From: a virus
IMG/VR virus record: IMGVR_UViG_3300035670_000075
Span: 1 to 64,000 of that record
DNA length: 64,000 nucleotides
Reading direction: 5' to 3' (one strand)
Shown: piece after piece, positions 48,931 to 58,337 of the stretch
Position numbering within the stretch: position 1 is the stretch's first letter
How the letters are laid out: each line of letters opens with the position of its first letter
Program-made: the position numbers and the translations under genes
Notes under the pieces: generated by a model
What the model was told of the DNA's origin: nothing
The model's input: the letters and a program-made list of their open reading frames with translations, nothing else
Databases searched by the model: none

Positions 48931-48962
48931 TCTAATTCCCGCGCGCTGCGCGGGCGACGAGA
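48931..48962. repeat. degenerate solo REP-like copy
   Basis: TTCCCGCGC-GCT-GCGCGGG...ACGAGA, 4 nt after the MTase stop. Confidence 0.6.
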
Positions 48963-49103
48963 AAAAACCACGCGCCCCAAAGACCTCGCGTGCGTGCTTG
49001 CACACGATAAAATGCACGCTGGCATCGTAATGCAACGGGCTTTGCTTTTTTGCCGAAACAAAGTCAAGGGGTTGTGCTAACAGCCCCGCCTAAATTCAAT
49101 CAC

Positions 49104-49134
49104 TCTCATTCCAACGCGGAGCGTGGTGAAGAGA
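49104..49134. repeat. degenerate solo REP-like copy
   Basis: TCTCATTCCAACGCGGAGCGTGGTGAAGAGA. Confidence 0.55.
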
Positions 49135-49178
49135 AAATAAGAACCCTCCAGTCCTTTCAGGGTATGGTTTGCGCCCAT

Positions 49179-49214
49179 GATAGCCACCAGTTACGGGAAT
49201 AACTGGTGGCTATC
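49179..49214. repeat. perfect 15-bp stem hairpin
   Basis: GATAGCCACCAGTTA-cgggaa-TAACTGGTGGCTATC, 8 nt past the upstream gene stop; no U tract. Confidence 0.8.
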
Positions 49215-49222
49215 GAAAACGC

Positions 49223-49894
49223 TCACCCCTTAACCAACTCCGCCCACCAGTTATACGAACAAATCCGCGTCCGATAACCGTCCTTGCGTTCATTGGTAGT
49301 TTCCACGCGGCGGCGCACGCCGTTACTAACGGTGAAATGCAATGAACCACATGTCCAGTCCTTGAAAATCGCATCGCAGCGGTCTTTGAAATCGAAACTG
49401 ACAAACGCACTTTCAGGGACATGCAAGCGAATATCCAGCAAGCCTTCCAGCTTCCAACTCGGCGGCGAATAGCACAGATGCGATTCGCGCTCGCCGACCA
49501 TCTCCAATTCCACATATGGCTTATCTTGCGGTAACTCGCCAACAATCCACTTGCCGCCTTCGTCCGTGGTGATGAAGTAAGCAGGCGTGTACCACATGAA
49601 CAACTGCTCGTCACCATCGCCTGACGCGGATGTAACTGACTCTGCCACGGTGATGCTGAAGGGTGAAACTGACGTGTTGACAGCCGCGATGGTGAATAGC
49701 TTGCCGTTGTTCGCGCCAAGTCCGTCGCGCGACTCTAGCCAATGACCAGGCTCGAAGCCGTCGAACGCGCCGATGTCGCTTGACTGGAACTTGTTTGGCG
49801 CGACAGCATCGATGGTGCCGGATTGCAGCAGACCCCATCCGTCGATAAAACGCTGCTCTATATCGCCGACAATATCTGCGTGCTTAGTGTACAT
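49223..49894 (-). CDS. putative tail terminator protein with inserted beta domain
   Basis: IEQRF...W, PYVELEM, EGLLDIRLHVP, CDAIFKDW pattern; start set at MYTKH (GGGG RBS). Confidence 0.6.
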   Translation of the reverse strand: MYTKHADIVGDIEQRFIDGWGLLQSGTIDAVAPNKFQSSDIGAFDGFEPGHWLESRDGLGANNGKLFTIAAVNTSVSPFSITVAESVTSASGDGDEQLFMWYTPAYFITTDEGGKWIVGELPQDKPYVELEMVGERESHLCYSPPSWKLEGLLDIRLHVPESAFVSFDFKDRCDAIFKDWTCGSLHFTVSNGVRRRVETTNERKDGYRTRICSYNWWAELVKG

Positions 49895-49949
49895 CGTGAC
49901 TACCCCATACAGTAAAGCCGGGCAGGTATCTCTACCTGTCCGGCTTGGG

Positions 49950-50381
49950 TTAATGCTTCTTGCCGCGTGACGGCTTCGGCGCGCTCTTTGAACTCTTGCT
50001 TTTTGCCTTTTCCTTCTCGCTTTCGAGGCGGAGAAACGCGGCATCGACTGCGTGCATCACATCGGCAAATCCGGGGATCAAAACAGCGATGCTGATACTG
50101 AGTATCATATCGCTGAATAGCAGGTTAGCAAACTCCAGGTAAGCGCTAGGCGGTATCGGATTATGCCCAAAGCCGCCACCCGGATTTGAGTTGCGTAGCC
50201 AGTAATACGCTTTCAACAACTCCATGTCGATGAACGACATGTCAGGGCGCTTATCCTCGATTTCCTTGAGTTCGTCAGGGACAATGCCTGTCGCTTCGGC
50301 AATATCCCTGAGTGCCTTTAGATTACGCCCCTTGTTTGAGGCGTAATTTTCCTGCCACTCAAGAAACGCGATTACTTTTCC
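49950..50381 (-). CDS. tail assembly chaperone, -1 frameshift extension (gpT part of gpGT)
   Basis: The -1 frame is open from GGAAAAG (50375-50381) through KVIAFLEWQ... into ORF 49950-50240 (AYYWLR...GGGFGHNPIP). Confidence 0.75.
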   Translation of the reverse strand, partial: GKVIAFLEWQENYASNKGRNLKALRDIAEATGIVPDELKEIEDKRPDMSFIDMELLKAYYWLRNSNPGGGFGHNPIPPSAYLEFANLLFSDMILSISIAVLIPGFADVMHAVDAAFLRLESEKEKAKSKSSKSAPKPSRGKKH

Positions 50382-51220
50382 GTGGCTGCGTCAGCCTCGG
50401 CTTCGGCAACTTTGCGGAAGTTCTCGTTCTCGTTGGCTTTGTCGATGACTTCGCCACGGAAGTTGATGGCATTCGCCGCCAACAAGCCGACATTCGCCGG
50501 GGTGAATTCAAACGGCGTGGTCTTGGCAGCAGCAATCGCTTCGTCGCTCATGAAGTTGGCTTTGACGAACAAAAGGTCATTACCGGCTTCATTCAAAATA
50601 GACGCAGCCAGTTCACGGTCTTCATGAAGCAAATCCATCATGCTTTCGCTGGTGATTGGCAGCTTTTCGTCACCGCTACCCAAATTCCAGTCAGCGACCA
50701 CTGCCAAAAGTTTTTCAACGGTTGCCTTGTCTTCGTCAGCCTGCTTGGGCGCGTCACCGACCGCCGTGCCGGACATCATCCGACTATTGGACTGGTAGAA
50801 CTGCTTGTGAGTTTCGGGCAGAGAAGAACTCCGTAGGGTGACTTCGATTTCAACAGACACACCATGCGCTTTGAACTTATGCGTTGTAGGCACGCCGGAT
50901 TTGGCTTTATCTTCGTCCAACGTGACCATTGCAGCATCGTATTCACTCATGCGCCAGCTTTGCAGCGCCAAGCCGAAATATTCACGGCTGGCTTTTTCGC
51001 TGTCATCGAATGAGTCTTGCAGCTTGCCGTAAGTTTGCTTGCCGCCGCCCTTCATCATTTTTTCGTATTGCCGACCCTTGGCTGTTTGGCGCAGCTTTTC
51101 GGCGCGCGGGTCTTTGTTTAAGTTACGCAGGGTAACAGGGACATCAATAGCATTGATGTTAATGGTTACTTCGGATTGACGTGCGCTTTTCAGCAAATTG
51201 AAATCGATCAGTTTACCCAT
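50372..51220 (-). CDS. tail assembly chaperone (gpG-like)
   Basis: VADWNL...LPIT and FEFTPANV...NENF motifs; ends at a slippery site. Confidence 0.75.
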   Translation of the reverse strand: MGKLIDFNLLKSARQSEVTININAIDVPVTLRNLNKDPRAEKLRQTAKGRQYEKMMKGGGKQTYGKLQDSFDDSEKASREYFGLALQSWRMSEYDAAMVTLDEDKAKSGVPTTHKFKAHGVSVEIEVTLRSSSLPETHKQFYQSNSRMMSGTAVGDAPKQADEDKATVEKLLAVVADWNLGSGDEKLPITSESMMDLLHEDRELAASILNEAGNDLLFVKANFMSDEAIAAAKTTPFEFTPANVGLLAANAINFRGEVIDKANENENFRKVAEAEADAATEK

Positions 51221-51348
51221 TTTCTCACTCGCTTCTGTAATGTAAAAGTGTATTTTTAACCAAAAATTACGATGCGCGATGGCATCTTCAAAAAACAACC
51301 ACGCCACCTCGCGCCAAATAACGCCTAGTGCGTGATAGGTTGTTACCA

Positions 51349-51819
51349 CTACTGTTCGGCGGCTTCTTCGCCTACCGCTTCCACCACTTCTTCATGCTTT
51401 CTCACCAACGGCAAGATTGGGCCTTGCCAACCGCAATCTTCGTCTCCTTCGTAATTAACCAATGCGTATTGGATAACGCCAAGCTCGACTGCGCTGCCTT
51501 TATTGGGGAACGCAACCGCGCCGTCGCCCTTGGTTTTTACGGTGACAGCGGTAATACCTGATGGCAGACCTTCGAGTACGCCTTTAGCGACATCCGTTGG
51601 CAGCGCCAAGAAATAAGTTCCAGGTTTAGTTGGGCGGTGAGTATCGAAGCAAATCACCTCGACGCCCATTGCCGACTGCATGATTGCCAACGAGTCGCGC
51701 ATGACTTCATGCGCCTCTTCAGGCGTAAGTGCTTTTCCGCCTGGCGAGTTGTCGCTTAACGCAATCGCGATGTCTTTGCCATTTAAGAAAACGTCTTTAA
51801 GCGTGTTGATGATGCCCAT
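51349..51819 (-). CDS. hypothetical protein
   Basis: GGTGG RBS; 156 aa. Confidence 0.7.
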   Translation of the reverse strand: MGIINTLKDVFLNGKDIAIALSDNSPGGKALTPEEAHEVMRDSLAIMQSAMGVEVICFDTHRPTKPGTYFLALPTDVAKGVLEGLPSGITAVTVKTKGDGAVAFPNKGSAVELGVIQYALVNYEGDEDCGWQGPILPLVRKHEEVVEAVGEEAAEQ

Positions 51820-51928
51820 ATAACCACCGAATTATCCTGTGTATATTGATGAATTTTATGTGTTTTTCCAAGTAAAATCAACACATTGTTACCTATAGTC
51901 GATTTAATGCGCTAGAGCTTACGTTAAC

Positions 51929-52444
51929 CTATCTATCATCCATCAGGCGATTGATTTTATCTTCGCTTTCTTGCTTTTTACGCATGTACTCAGCACGCAT
52001 TTGTTGTAACTCTTCGAGCGTCCAATCGCTGCTGCTGAAAAGATCGCGTGTTTTTTGGCTAAAATCGCTTTCGCTTATTTCGCTGTTTTTCTCGTCGCTG
52101 TTGCCATTGCTTTTGTCGCTAGGCTTGTCATCTTCTATGATCTTACCAAACCTAGACTCAAATAATTTTTTCAGCGCCCCGAATATGTAGGGGAGTCCAA
52201 CATAACCAGCAAAAACAGACATGCCAGTAGTGAACACAGTGTCGTTTTTGAGTTCAGGGAAAACCACTACCGTAACCGCAGCAAAAGCAATTGCAGCAAA
52301 GCCACCGCCCAAAACTTTACCGATAATATTCCTGGTAGTTAGATTGCCCTCAGCATTGAATACTGCCCCCAATGCAGATAGTGCGCCGACCAGCCAAATC
52401 AAACCTACTCTTGTGATCTCGGCATAGATATTTGGCTCCTGCAT
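51929..52444 (-). CDS. holin (3 TM, P2 gpY-like) with long charged tail
   Basis: Three hydrophobic helices; LTTRNIIGKVLGGG...FPEL...AGYVG. Confidence 0.7.
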   Translation of the reverse strand: MQEPNIYAEITRVGLIWLVGALSALGAVFNAEGNLTTRNIIGKVLGGGFAAIAFAAVTVVVFPELKNDTVFTTGMSVFAGYVGLPYIFGALKKLFESRFGKIIEDDKPSDKSNGNSDEKNSEISESDFSQKTRDLFSSSDWTLEELQQMRAEYMRKKQESEDKINRLMDDR

Positions 52445-52758
52445 TGGTTTTCATCGCCCTGTGCTATTCTGTGTTCATGACTTCTTAATTCTTGTTGAAT
52501 AATCGATCTAGTTTCACGACCTGATGAAATATAATAGTCATTGGCTATGAAGCCTACCCATGCTGATATGCCTATCGAAACAATCATCACAGCAATCATT
52601 ACAACCCGGAAAAGCCGATTAAAACCACGCTCTATGTTGTAGTCTGAGTGCAACTGTGAAATTTCAAATTCCAGTCGCTCCATTCGCTCTTTGTTTAATT
52701 TGCTGTCTGCTTCGATGCGAGCCAAGCGACCCTCAATGCTTTCGGCAAAGTCACCCAT
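52405..52758 (-). CDS. coiled-coil plus single-TM protein of the lysis cassette
   Basis: RLARIEA...RLEFEI coil followed by one hydrophobic helix. Confidence 0.6.
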   Translation of the reverse strand: MGDFAESIEGRLARIEADSKLNKERMERLEFEISQLHSDYNIERGFNRLFRVVMIAVMIVSIGISAWVGFIANDYYISSGRETRSIIQQELRSHEHRIAQGDENQCRSQISMPRSQE

Positions 52759-53320
52759 TCAATATCTCCACAAAACCGCCGTTTCCGTCTTCCATGTAAT
52801 GCCACTGGTAATCTAAAGAGTCCCATCGCCATACATGTTGCCAACGGTTATCAACTACATAATCACCTTCGTAGGTGTGAACGACTAGCACCATATGGTA
52901 TTCGGTACGTTCTCTATCTGCCCAACAGGTAGCTAATCGTAACTGGCTACGGTCAATACCTTCTAACATCAATAACAGTAATGCGAATACTGCGTGTCCA
53001 TCACAGTCATCAGCTATTTTGCCAGCAGGTGTTAAGTTTGGTACTTCCCAGTTGTCTATTTCACCATCAGGTGTGTAGATAAAGTTACGAAATAGAAAAC
53101 TTCTGACATCTTGAAGTATCGTTAAGATACTGGCGTTGTCGGAATGTAATTGATAACCCTCAATTCCGTTAAGACTGTATTTAAGGTAGGCAACGCGTAA
53201 ACTTCGCTGGAAAGCTTTGTAGCGTTGATAATGTGAATCAGAAAGCCAATGCTTTTCGCCGGTTTGAATAAACGGTTCTACAGCGAAAAACTCTTTTAGC
53301 TTTCTAAACAGCCATTTCAT
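52751..53320 (-). CDS. transglutaminase-like cysteine protease (BTLCP/C93, LapG-like)
   Basis: DNWEVP, DDCDGHA (Cys), LRLA, HMVLVV (His), VVDNR (Asp). Confidence 0.8.
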   Translation of the reverse strand: MKWLFRKLKEFFAVEPFIQTGEKHWLSDSHYQRYKAFQRSLRVAYLKYSLNGIEGYQLHSDNASILTILQDVRSFLFRNFIYTPDGEIDNWEVPNLTPAGKIADDCDGHAVFALLLLMLEGIDRSQLRLATCWADRERTEYHMVLVVHTYEGDYVVDNRWQHVWRWDSLDYQWHYMEDGNGGFVEILNG

Positions 53321-53856
53321 TATGCAGTTCCGTCCATATCGTAAACTGGCATCATGGTGCGAATTTGGAAGTTATTAATCACTTCACATTCGGTTGTAAG
53401 ATTAGCCAGGACGCTACCCAGCATGTAACCATGACATTCACAAGGGATTGCATAACGCCCGTCTGCTAAAGGGACTGGATAGAAGTTACCGTAAGTAGAA
53501 GTTTCTACCCATTGCTTCCAGGTACGTTGCATATTGTCAGCATCAAATGAACCGTTAAATCCAAGTGGTACTAATGCTGTTTCATAGTCTTCAGCGGCAA
53601 TTACAAAGAAGCATTTGAAGTTTTCCACTTCGCCACCGGATGCTACCACCGCTTGTACATGCGCGAAGTTAGGGGCAGATGTTTCTAACGCTCTGTCCGG
53701 TAAATGGTAGGTTGTAGTGCCGGATGGTGATGAGTCTTTCAACACATCAAAAGTTACATTCACCCATAAGGCTAAATTGAATAACGCACCACCAGGCTCT
53801 AAAGTAGCTGAAGGGGCGATGATTTTGAAATCACGTTGATAGTTGTCGATGTTCAT
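53320..53856 (-). CDS. hypothetical protein
   Basis: Coupled to both neighbours. Confidence 0.7.
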   Translation of the reverse strand: MNIDNYQRDFKIIAPSATLEPGGALFNLALWVNVTFDVLKDSSPSGTTTYHLPDRALETSAPNFAHVQAVVASGGEVENFKCFFVIAAEDYETALVPLGFNGSFDADNMQRTWKQWVETSTYGNFYPVPLADGRYAIPCECHGYMLGSVLANLTTECEVINNFQIRTMMPVYDMDGTA

Positions 53857-55772
53857 GATACTTTGTAGTTCCTTTCGCCGTCAGTGTTTACGTCTTTGGT
53901 GACGCCTGTGGTTGGTGACCCGAATGTAATTAAGGTGTCTTTAGGAATGCTTTTGTTTATTAGCTGTGCAGCACCTACTGAATTAATCGCTAACTTAGTT
54001 TCAGCACCATTATGCCCGTTAATAGCCGGATTTGTTAGTGGATTACCGTCAGCAGCGGAAACACCGCTTAACAGCGCTGGAATTTTGACTGCACCGCTTT
54101 GCCGGAATCCTTTAGTTAAATTCCAATGAAATGAACCTTGAGTAGTCCAAACAGGAGCGTTTACTAAAGTGGCGTGGTTACTGTTGTTGGTAACATTATA
54201 TACAGTAGAACCAGAACCTTCTGACAATGTATAGCGTGTACCATCGCTTAACTGTAAGTCCCAGCAAGTACCGGCTGTGAAATCGATTCTACCGGCTGAG
54301 ATTGAAGGTGTTGCAGTGCCACCTTTTAATACAACAGTTTCAGTACCGATTAAATGTGGTGCTGAAATATATTGACTAACACCATCAAACTGCAAACAAT
54401 TCGATTGCACCAACAATGCGTTGTAGGGTACTTTTCCGGTAAATTGCAGCGCATTGCCATAAGCATCCAGCGTGGCATTACGCGCCGGAATGAACGCGCC
54501 GACGTTGTTTGTTGAGAGCGTTTGTTGGTAGGCGGTTGCGACTGTACCCGCCTGAAATTGGATGTTTTCAATTTGAATTGTTGCTGTACTGGATGCCGTG
54601 TCACCTCTCAACGACGCCAGAGAATCAACAAGGCAAATATAATTTACAGAGCTTTCCAAGCCTGTATTCAATCCAACAACAACGACGCGCCAATACGCCC
54701 CGGCGTCAGTGACGGAAACAGTAGGAAACGGTGTGGCGCTTTGTGTTGCGCCAGTCGCAACGTCTATATTTAGGTATGATGCGACGCCCCAGCCTGTATT
54801 GCTAAATATCTGTAAAATTCCAGATCCCTTTACTACGTTGCACGATAGAACGTAACTAGCTCCAATCGTAGGCAGTGGATTAACGCCAATAGAGATATAT
54901 TTTTGCACTCCGCTCCCGGCATTGCCGGTTATCGTGTTTGCTGTTGCGGTGACGTTTAGTTTTATCCAGTTAGCCTGTGTAAAATCGCCTGAATTAGCGT
55001 AATAGTTCACGCCAACAGAATAGCCCAGTTGGTTGTTCGTGTCGTTCCCCGCGCCATCCGTAAACGTGGTATGTGTGACGCCGCCTACGTGCGTACCGTG
55101 GTAGCCATTGCCGCTAATGTCGTAGGCTGTTGTTCCGCTGCCTGCTGCCATCGGGTAATTAGCACGTAAAACGCCATCGGTTTTTATGCTGATGCTGTGA
55201 AGCGAGCCGTTAAAATACAGAAGCGGTGTTGAAAACGCGCGGAGACCAATTCTTGCGTTTGTCGTCGTGCTTATAGCGCCAGTATTGACAATAGATTTAG
55301 TTTCTGAATCTACGGTTATAGTCAATAATCCTGATGCCCAAATAACGCTAAAACGATGCCATAAATTATCATTGTAGTTTGCGTCGGTTTGAATTGTTGG
55401 ATTGATGTTGTTGTGATATACCGCCAATCTCCCCCCGTTAATCGCAACTAGCAGACCATCACCGCCGACATCCCTGCAATCGACAATTACCCCCAAAACG
55501 CCTAACAATGTTCTAAAATGGCCTGTGATTTCATAGCTGGATGTCGCGTTTATTGCGAGCGGTAAATTAACATAACCAGTTGAGCCATCAAACGTCAACG
55601 CCCGCCCAGGCTGCACCGCCCGCGCCGAGCCTTTCAATGCTGATTGGTCATAAACCGTACTATCAATTATATTCTGTCCGACTGTACGCTTATGACTCAA
55701 CAAACATTGAACAGCATTAGTTTCGGCTGAATAATTGACTGCAAGCCCTTGACGAATAACAGGCAATGTCAT
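53853..55772 (-). CDS. LamG/concanavalin-like domain fibre or spike protein
   Basis: LTFDGSTGYV, NDNLWHRF, YFNGSL, GSGTTAYDISGNGYHG; a second partial repeat; start set at MTLPV (ATGA overlap). Confidence 0.75.
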   Translation of the reverse strand: MTLPVIRQGLAVNYSAETNAVQCLLSHKRTVGQNIIDSTVYDQSALKGSARAVQPGRALTFDGSTGYVNLPLAINATSSYEITGHFRTLLGVLGVIVDCRDVGGDGLLVAINGGRLAVYHNNINPTIQTDANYNDNLWHRFSVIWASGLLTITVDSETKSIVNTGAISTTTNARIGLRAFSTPLLYFNGSLHSISIKTDGVLRANYPMAAGSGTTAYDISGNGYHGTHVGGVTHTTFTDGAGNDTNNQLGYSVGVNYYANSGDFTQANWIKLNVTATANTITGNAGSGVQKYISIGVNPLPTIGASYVLSCNVVKGSGILQIFSNTGWGVASYLNIDVATGATQSATPFPTVSVTDAGAYWRVVVVGLNTGLESSVNYICLVDSLASLRGDTASSTATIQIENIQFQAGTVATAYQQTLSTNNVGAFIPARNATLDAYGNALQFTGKVPYNALLVQSNCLQFDGVSQYISAPHLIGTETVVLKGGTATPSISAGRIDFTAGTCWDLQLSDGTRYTLSEGSGSTVYNVTNNSNHATLVNAPVWTTQGSFHWNLTKGFRQSGAVKIPALLSGVSAADGNPLTNPAINGHNGAETKLAINSVGAAQLINKSIPKDTLITFGSPTTGVTKDVNTDGERNYKVS

Positions 55773-56215
55773 GACGTTAATTCCCCAAATACATCCCAAG
55801 TGTCAGTACGTACTTTAACCATACTAAACCTGGAATACTGTCGCAACGTCTTCTTATCAGCGTTACGAATAGTAACACCACCAGCACCAGAAACGGTTAC
55901 TTGACCGGCACCAATCTGAATACCACCGATAGCAGTACCGATTGGGAAAGCGACGGTAGCGTTCAACGGAATCTGTACAGCAATAGCAGCGGCGTTGTTA
56001 AATTCGATGGTCTTATTTGCATCAGTTAGAGCTAACGTGTAACTAACACCGGTTTCTTCTCGAATACTTTCCAGCATTAACTTAGAAGCAACGGTAGTGA
56101 TCGCAGCAGCACCTTCACCGGTGCCACCGGAATTATGAACCAGTAAACGCCAACTGGTATCGAAGTCACCAGTGTTTAACGGCGTAGGGTATTGTTGATA
56201 GGCTGCTGTTCCCAT
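55769..56215 (-). CDS. fibre-associated structural protein
   Basis: SYTLALTDA...VAFPIGT...QIGAGQVT...QYS...DTWDVFGEL domain common in phage fibre proteins. Confidence 0.7.
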   Translation of the reverse strand: MGTAAYQQYPTPLNTGDFDTSWRLLVHNSGGTGEGAAAITTVASKLMLESIREETGVSYTLALTDANKTIEFNNAAAIAVQIPLNATVAFPIGTAIGGIQIGAGQVTVSGAGGVTIRNADKKTLRQYSRFSMVKVRTDTWDVFGELTS

Positions 56216-56219
56216 GATT

Positions 56220-57518
56220 CTAAATCTCCGCTCCGAATGCTGCACTGATAATCACATTGTCAGTGCCGGAAGTGCTATGTGTACAAATCACAATGTCACC
56301 AGGGGTTAACATGTATTTACCTAATCCATCTAACGGATTAGTGAAATTCATTGTGGAATTGATCGGTACAATGGCTGACAAAAGCCGAAAACAACCAGCG
56401 CTGGTGAAATCGAAAGTAGTAGCACCACCTTCATTATTGACGATGTACTCTACTGCACCAGTTAATGAATCCGGTGTCCAAGACTGTCCTACGATGTTTG
56501 AAATCTTTGTGCTGTCTCTGGTAATCCACACTTCAAAACTGGATTCATCAACAGCAGTAGCACTGATCTGTGCCAGCATCACATCAATCGTGTTTACCCA
56601 ACTATTACCGTTATCATTAGTGCGGGTAGACGGAATACGGAAAGCCATTGCAGGCTCATTAACTGAAGTGCTGGCGATTAAGCCAGTAGTAATTGAAGTG
56701 TAGGTTAAGCCTTCTGCTTGCCCACCTTGAGAAGTGACATCCCAACAACCAACGTGAATAGTGGGGTTAGAAGTGTCTGCGTATTCAAATTCCCAGAACA
56801 CGCCATTCTGTGAAGTACCTAATCCCCATCTTACTGCGCTACCAGTTCTGGCTAGACCACCTAAAGTGTGCGCCCCTTGTACCGCTTCATAGAACACCGG
56901 CATAGCAGGATTAGTAATGGTCAAAGCAGTGGTATTACCAAGCTTTTCAGCATGTGCAATTTCAGTTAAGTTACCGAAACCCCAGAAATCGCCAGCACCA
57001 CGCCACTGAAACACGCCATCAGTGACATTACCTTTAGAAAGGTCTAAGCCATGTCCGACAACTTCAGTTCTGGTATCAGTGACAGTAGTACCGACAATAG
57101 TGCGAAGTACCATATACAACTTACCAGTACCAGGACTGGTAATCCAGACTGAATCAGAATAACGATGTCCACGATTAGGTTGGTAACGGTAATGCCGTTT
57201 AGTTTGACAGCGGTACAGATTACCGCCGGAAGCAGTCACTTTCAAACGTCCATTGTCGGAATAGATGAAAGCATCAGCAGAAGTGTCATAAACTTCAGTG
57301 CCATTGATCATCTTCTTCCAATCAGCTTTAGGAACGGTGAAAGTGAATACACCAGCACCGAGGCTATGTGGTTGCACGAAAACTGGTTCACCCCAAGCAG
57401 AAGTTGCAAGGTCGTTTTTACCTAGCACACGTCTAGGGATGTATGGATCGTCAGTTGCACCAGTACCGAGAGCATCGAAATACTTGACGACATCGTTTTC
57501 AGTTGCGGTAAATGTCAT
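56220..57518 (-). CDS. putative beta-rich virion protein
   Basis: GAGG RBS; Gly/Thr-rich; RYQPNRG and FQWRGAG motifs. Confidence 0.65.
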   Translation of the reverse strand: MTFTATENDVVKYFDALGTGATDDPYIPRRVLGKNDLATSAWGEPVFVQPHSLGAGVFTFTVPKADWKKMINGTEVYDTSADAFIYSDNGRLKVTASGGNLYRCQTKRHYRYQPNRGHRYSDSVWITSPGTGKLYMVLRTIVGTTVTDTRTEVVGHGLDLSKGNVTDGVFQWRGAGDFWGFGNLTEIAHAEKLGNTTALTITNPAMPVFYEAVQGAHTLGGLARTGSAVRWGLGTSQNGVFWEFEYADTSNPTIHVGCWDVTSQGGQAEGLTYTSITTGLIASTSVNEPAMAFRIPSTRTNDNGNSWVNTIDVMLAQISATAVDESSFEVWITRDSTKISNIVGQSWTPDSLTGAVEYIVNNEGGATTFDFTSAGCFRLLSAIVPINSTMNFTNPLDGLGKYMLTPGDIVICTHSTSGTDNVIISAAFGAEI

Positions 57519-57526
57519 AGTTACCT

Positions 57527-57754
57527 CTACGTGACCGTGTTAAGCAGCCCATTTACCGTGCCGCTGTAAGTATCCATTGAGTAGCGCTGAGAAACATCAT
57601 TCCACGCTACCGAAAGCCCACCCAACCATTCCATTCCCCATCCATCAATCCATAGCGCAGCAGCATTATCTACAGGCGGATTGACTATGCTTATGCCGGG
57701 CTGAGAAGCCGTTACATATGGATACGGGTAGCCGGGCGACACCGATAGCTGCAT
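57527..57754 (-). CDS. hypothetical protein
   Basis: Fits the operon spacing. Confidence 0.55.
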   Translation of the reverse strand: MQLSVSPGYPYPYVTASQPGISIVNPPVDNAAALWIDGWGMEWLGGLSVAWNDVSQRYSMDTYSGTVNGLLNTVT

Positions 57755-57757
57755 GGA

Positions 57758-58090
57758 CTATTCTCGGCATGGATGAACGTATACGTTGCCGTTATCAGCG
57801 CCATCAAGCTTGATAAAAGCAAGTTTATGATTTTTGGGAATCCGCATTTGCCGTGTCAGCCCGCCCGTCAACACAGGCTGGCTTGTGGTGGCTGTAGGCG
57901 TGACGCCGTGAGTCCAGTGAACACTGGTCGTTGGCGTAATTTCTACTACCACATCGTCGCTGTGCAAATTTGCGTCAAGCCCATTGTCCGTCAAAAGTCC
58001 GGCAATGGTTTTGTTGCTCGGATGTGATGCCGTGTCAGCAAGACCAACAACTTCGCCCAGCGGGTACGGGGTGAGTAAATCCGATCTCAT
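57758..58090 (-). CDS. hypothetical (possibly virion) protein
   Basis: GAGGA RBS before ATG 58090. Confidence 0.65.
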   Translation of the reverse strand: MRSDLLTPYPLGEVVGLADTASHPSNKTIAGLLTDNGLDANLHSDDVVVEITPTTSVHWTHGVTPTATTSQPVLTGGLTRQMRIPKNHKLAFIKLDGADNGNVYVHPCRE

Positions 58091-58337
58091 GCGTTTGTCC
58101 TCTGTCATCTGACTGCGGAGTGTTAATTTTACGTGCCGCAACCAAGACTTTTACATTGCTGTGCGCTTTATCAGTCACAGCCCATCCGCCTCGTTCGACG
58201 CTGAATACCAGGTCGCCTGGATTGCAACCGCCTGATTTAATAATCTCCCACCCTGGAGGCGGATTGGTCGAACTGGCTACCAGTTCTGGCGGCAATGGAT
58301 CGCCGGGTAAATCACCACCAGTCATCTCCACCATCAC
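58035..58337 (-). CDS. hypothetical protein
   Basis: Fills the gap after the adaptor gene; overlaps both neighbours. Confidence 0.45.
   Translation of the reverse strand: MMVEMTGGDLPGDPLPPELVASSTNPPPGWEIIKSGGCNPGDLVFSVERGGWAVTDKAHSNVKVLVAARKINTPQSDDRGQTHEIGFTHPVPAGRSCWSC

Noticed and set aside
49895-50044. Arg-rich N-terminal extension of ORF 49223-50044
   Set aside because: Overlaps the gpT frame; a better start with RBS exists at 49894
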